A stretch of DNA of 64,000 nucleotides from Toensbergia leucococca (lineage: Eukaryota): contig JALDZS010000040.1 in NCBI GenBank assembly GCA_022813965.1, forward strand, positions 62,001 through 126,000. Direction: 5' to 3'. Position 1 is the first letter of the stretch, and every line of letters begins with the position of its first letter. The notes beneath the pieces are model-generated. The model made no database searches. It had not been told where the DNA came from and worked only from the letters and a program-made list of their open reading frames with translations. A program made the position numbers and the translations under genes. Of the stretch, positions 60,937 through 64,000 are shown one piece after another.

Positions 60937-61735
60937 ATGCCAGGTGCTAGCATAATGGATATGCCAGTCGAGATCCGTTTGCAAATTCTCCAACTCCTTC
61001 TGGTCCACCCAGAGCCTTTACTAATGCCAGGAGGATCACCAGGTAAAGAAGGAAGTATGTTTTGCTTGAATTATTACTGAAGTATATATAGACTGGTTCT
61101 GTTATCCTGGGCCGATATCACACCAGTATCCCAACCAACTCTCGATCCTCCAGACATGTCGTTCCCTATACTTGGAGGGCGCGGCAATCTTTTACGGCAA
61201 CAATTCTTTCCTCGTGGGCCAACTGGGTGTTGCGTACAGCTATTCCAATATGCTCTCAGTAACCACTCGGGCCTATGTGCAAAGACTCACAATCGCGTTC
61301 GATATCAACGAGACGATGGAGAGCTGCTCCTGGAATTGTATAACTCCATTCAACGGGCTCACCCACCTGACTTTCGCTCTGCGGTCTAGAACGCCTCTAT
61401 ATCGAGACTACAACGCCATCGGTAGCTTTTGCTGTCTGATACCCAACCTACGATCGGTGGAGCTGCAACGAGAGGACTGGTTGAAATGGAGAAAGACTGG
61501 AGGCCCCGTCGTGCTGCCAAAAAAGGTCATGGAACGATTGAGGAAGGACCTTGAGGAAACTGATCGGACCAATGATCGCCTTCGATACTGGACTTCGAGG
61601 CGGGATGGGTCTCCGTCTAGGGAAGAAGAAGAGCTCACTGGTTGGTCCAGAGAAAACCTGGCTGGTCTTTCTAGAAGAGAAGTCAGATATTTGTCCAATC
61701 ACTTCCGATCAAGATCTGGTAGTTGTGGTGGGTAG
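60937..61735 (+). CDS. F-box-like fungal protein (one intron)
   Basis: IMDMPVEIRLQILQLLL; intron 61043 (or 61055)-61091; SILQTCRSLYLEGAAIFYGNNSF. Confidence 0.8.
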
Positions 61736-62650
61736 CGATTCGTTTGGTCAGTCAAAACTACTACCTTGAATTTTGAAGCAAAAGATTTCAAGCTTGTTTG
61801 TGGCCATTCTAGATTTTAGGTATTTGGGTGGGTGGATTCAGGAAGGAGAATGAGCTCAAGTCACTGATCATATTGTGAGACATACAAGCACTTGGTAACA
61901 ACTCCACGAAGCTCCTCCATGATAGTCGAGTGACGTGGTGGTATTCCTATCAGGTTTTGTTAGCTGTACACCTCGTTTCATTACCCGTAAGTGTTTGATT
62001 GAATTACGCACTTCATCTCTCACCTCACTTCTCACCTCATCTCTCGCAGGTACAGCACACATCTCTTACGACGAAACCCGCTCATCGTCTTGCCTGTCTC
62101 CATCTACAAACATCTCGCCACTCACACGCCTCCAAGTCCTCCGCTTAAGCTCTTGAACCGAACCTTCATCGCCCTCGAATCAGGGGTCAGTACTCAGACC
62201 GCGCTAGATTTACGTCTTGGGCCAAGAACGTGCTTTTGCAATGGCTAGGTTGGTAAGAAAATGGGTTCTTGTCTGGACGAGGTTTTGATTGTTCACAATG
62301 AAGACTTGGGGTTGAAGAAGGCGGCTGTTTGTTGATGTGGAGATTTGTTTTGAGTGATGGAATATTGATGGAGGGAGGTGGAGAAAGACAGATCATTTCT
62401 TTCTTTACATTCTCTCTTCACAGTCATCCTTTATATTCATTCTTCACAACCTTTTGTCACAGCTTTTCGGGACATTCAGCGGAATATATGACTTATGGGA
62501 AGGGGTAGGTAAGTAGGTCGTTCTTCTCTTTGCTCCACGTACAGCTTGACGTTTAATTCAAGCGACTGAATCCTCGTCTTCCGCCTCATCGGATAAAATA
62601 CGTTTTGAACTTGCAAGCGTCTAGTCCTCCCTCCTCAAAATCCTGTTACA

Positions 62651-63421
62651 ATGCTAACCTTGAACATCATGGCCCTTCCGACCGAACTATGACTTTGTAT
62701 TCTCCAGGTTGTCCTTGTTTCGGAAAAGCCTTGGTTCCTGAATAATAATGAAGAAGATCGATCTCAAGCTTTGTATCGCTGGGTAGGCCCCTACGTCACT
62801 TCTGAGGACATTCAACTGGACATCAACCAAACTTGCCACATATATTGCAATGAAGCGATCCCTATCTTTCACGGAAAGAATAAAGTCATCGCCGACAAGA
62901 GGAGCACTCTCAACGCTTGGTCAATGACTTTCTAAGACCTCGCTCGACCGTCCATTCAATCCTTATCCTCCCGGCAGAATACTACATAACACCAAGTTAG
63001 AACGCGGCGAAAACCCTTTGATCTTTAATCCGGACATGGAACTCGCAGACATCATGCAGTAGTAGTGCTCTATCATATCATCTGTCAATCTCTCAAGATG
63101 AGCAATCTCACCCTTCACTTGACTTGGAAAATTAAACTTGCAAGGATTTATCGTTCCGATGTGTCCAACTACCAACTCATGCCAACGTCAAAGTCTGTCA
63201 AGAGCCAGCGGCCACTAGATCATGAGTATCCATATATGGCCGCTATAACCTTCTGTGGCGTGACACCCAATGATGAGAGATGCTTTTGGTCGACACCGGT
63301 AAACCTGCTGAAAGCGCAAAAGAGGTCTCTAAAGGAAGATAAAAGGAGCAATGAAGTGATAAGTGAGTTGCTCTTGGAGAAAGCTCTGCAACGACTTAGG
63401 GAGCAGAGACAGCGTACTTGA
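62651..63421 (+). pseudogene. F-box-like paralog pseudogene
   Basis: MLTLNIMALPTEL*LCILQVVL: TGA at 62690 replaces the conserved Arg; QTCHIYCNEAIPIFHGKN; further stops and frameshifts. Confidence 0.75.
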
Positions 63422-64000
63422 ATGAGAGAAAAGACATGTCTCTGCTAGTCCTCAAGCGCCCTGAGCGGACATCCAGTGATGAGCGAGAGTCTTAGAGATG
63501 AATGTAAGAGTGAAATCCTCTCCACGACGACCTGTACTCATCTAATTGAGAATAGCATGACATTTTAGCTCTCAGCGCCGGCGGGTGCGTTGCAAAACTG
63601 GATAAAAATGAACCTGTAAGCATTCTCTCATGACTTGCTTTTGTTATTCTTATGTGACCTTGCATTGTCTCCTTCATTGCTTCTCATCTATCGTGCGTGA
63701 CACTCGGATGTCTACCAGCCTATCTACGCGATTTAAAATCCTGATTGGCTATTCTTATGCGTCATCCTCTCCGTCCCCTTGTTCAGTCGGCCACTATTGA
63801 TTTAATGAGGTAGAATTTCTAGAGCCTAGAAACTATGGGAGATAGGAGCCGAGCTATATAGGTAACAGTCAGGCTGGCGTTCGCCGTGGAAACTGAATGG
63901 GACCAGTATCATTATCGAATCATGACCATTATCATCGCCCGTTTCGTCATCGCCACTTGGTCATCTATCTGATAGGGTCCAATCTCCTACTAAACCTTTG

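Overview
Eukaryotic DNA from a filamentous ascomycete (Pezizomycotina-type GT-AG introns with CTRAY branch points). A block of conserved housekeeping genes (GST, NSA2, mitoribosomal bL21m, MPS1, PRP4, PTC7) sits between accessory regions. The left accessory part holds a fucose-lectin-like propeller, a frameshifted NACHT/WD-like NLR, several secreted or single-pass membrane proteins, an SH3-less Pin3/Lsb1-like gene and an intronless vWA/p94-like gene. The right part holds two tandem paralog clusters with pseudogenes. Small TIR transposon relics show strong CpG loss. The most striking signal is at about 53.4-55.5 kb: a non-coding array of two families of repeated hairpins whose stems show compensatory changes between copies, interleaved with about a dozen CACTCTTTT motifs. 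It lies directly downstream of an unannotated spliced gene (51975-53190) encoding a disordered protein with SxIP-like and PP1-docking (SILK + RVxF) motifs. All calls come from manual reading; no database searches or folding programs were run.
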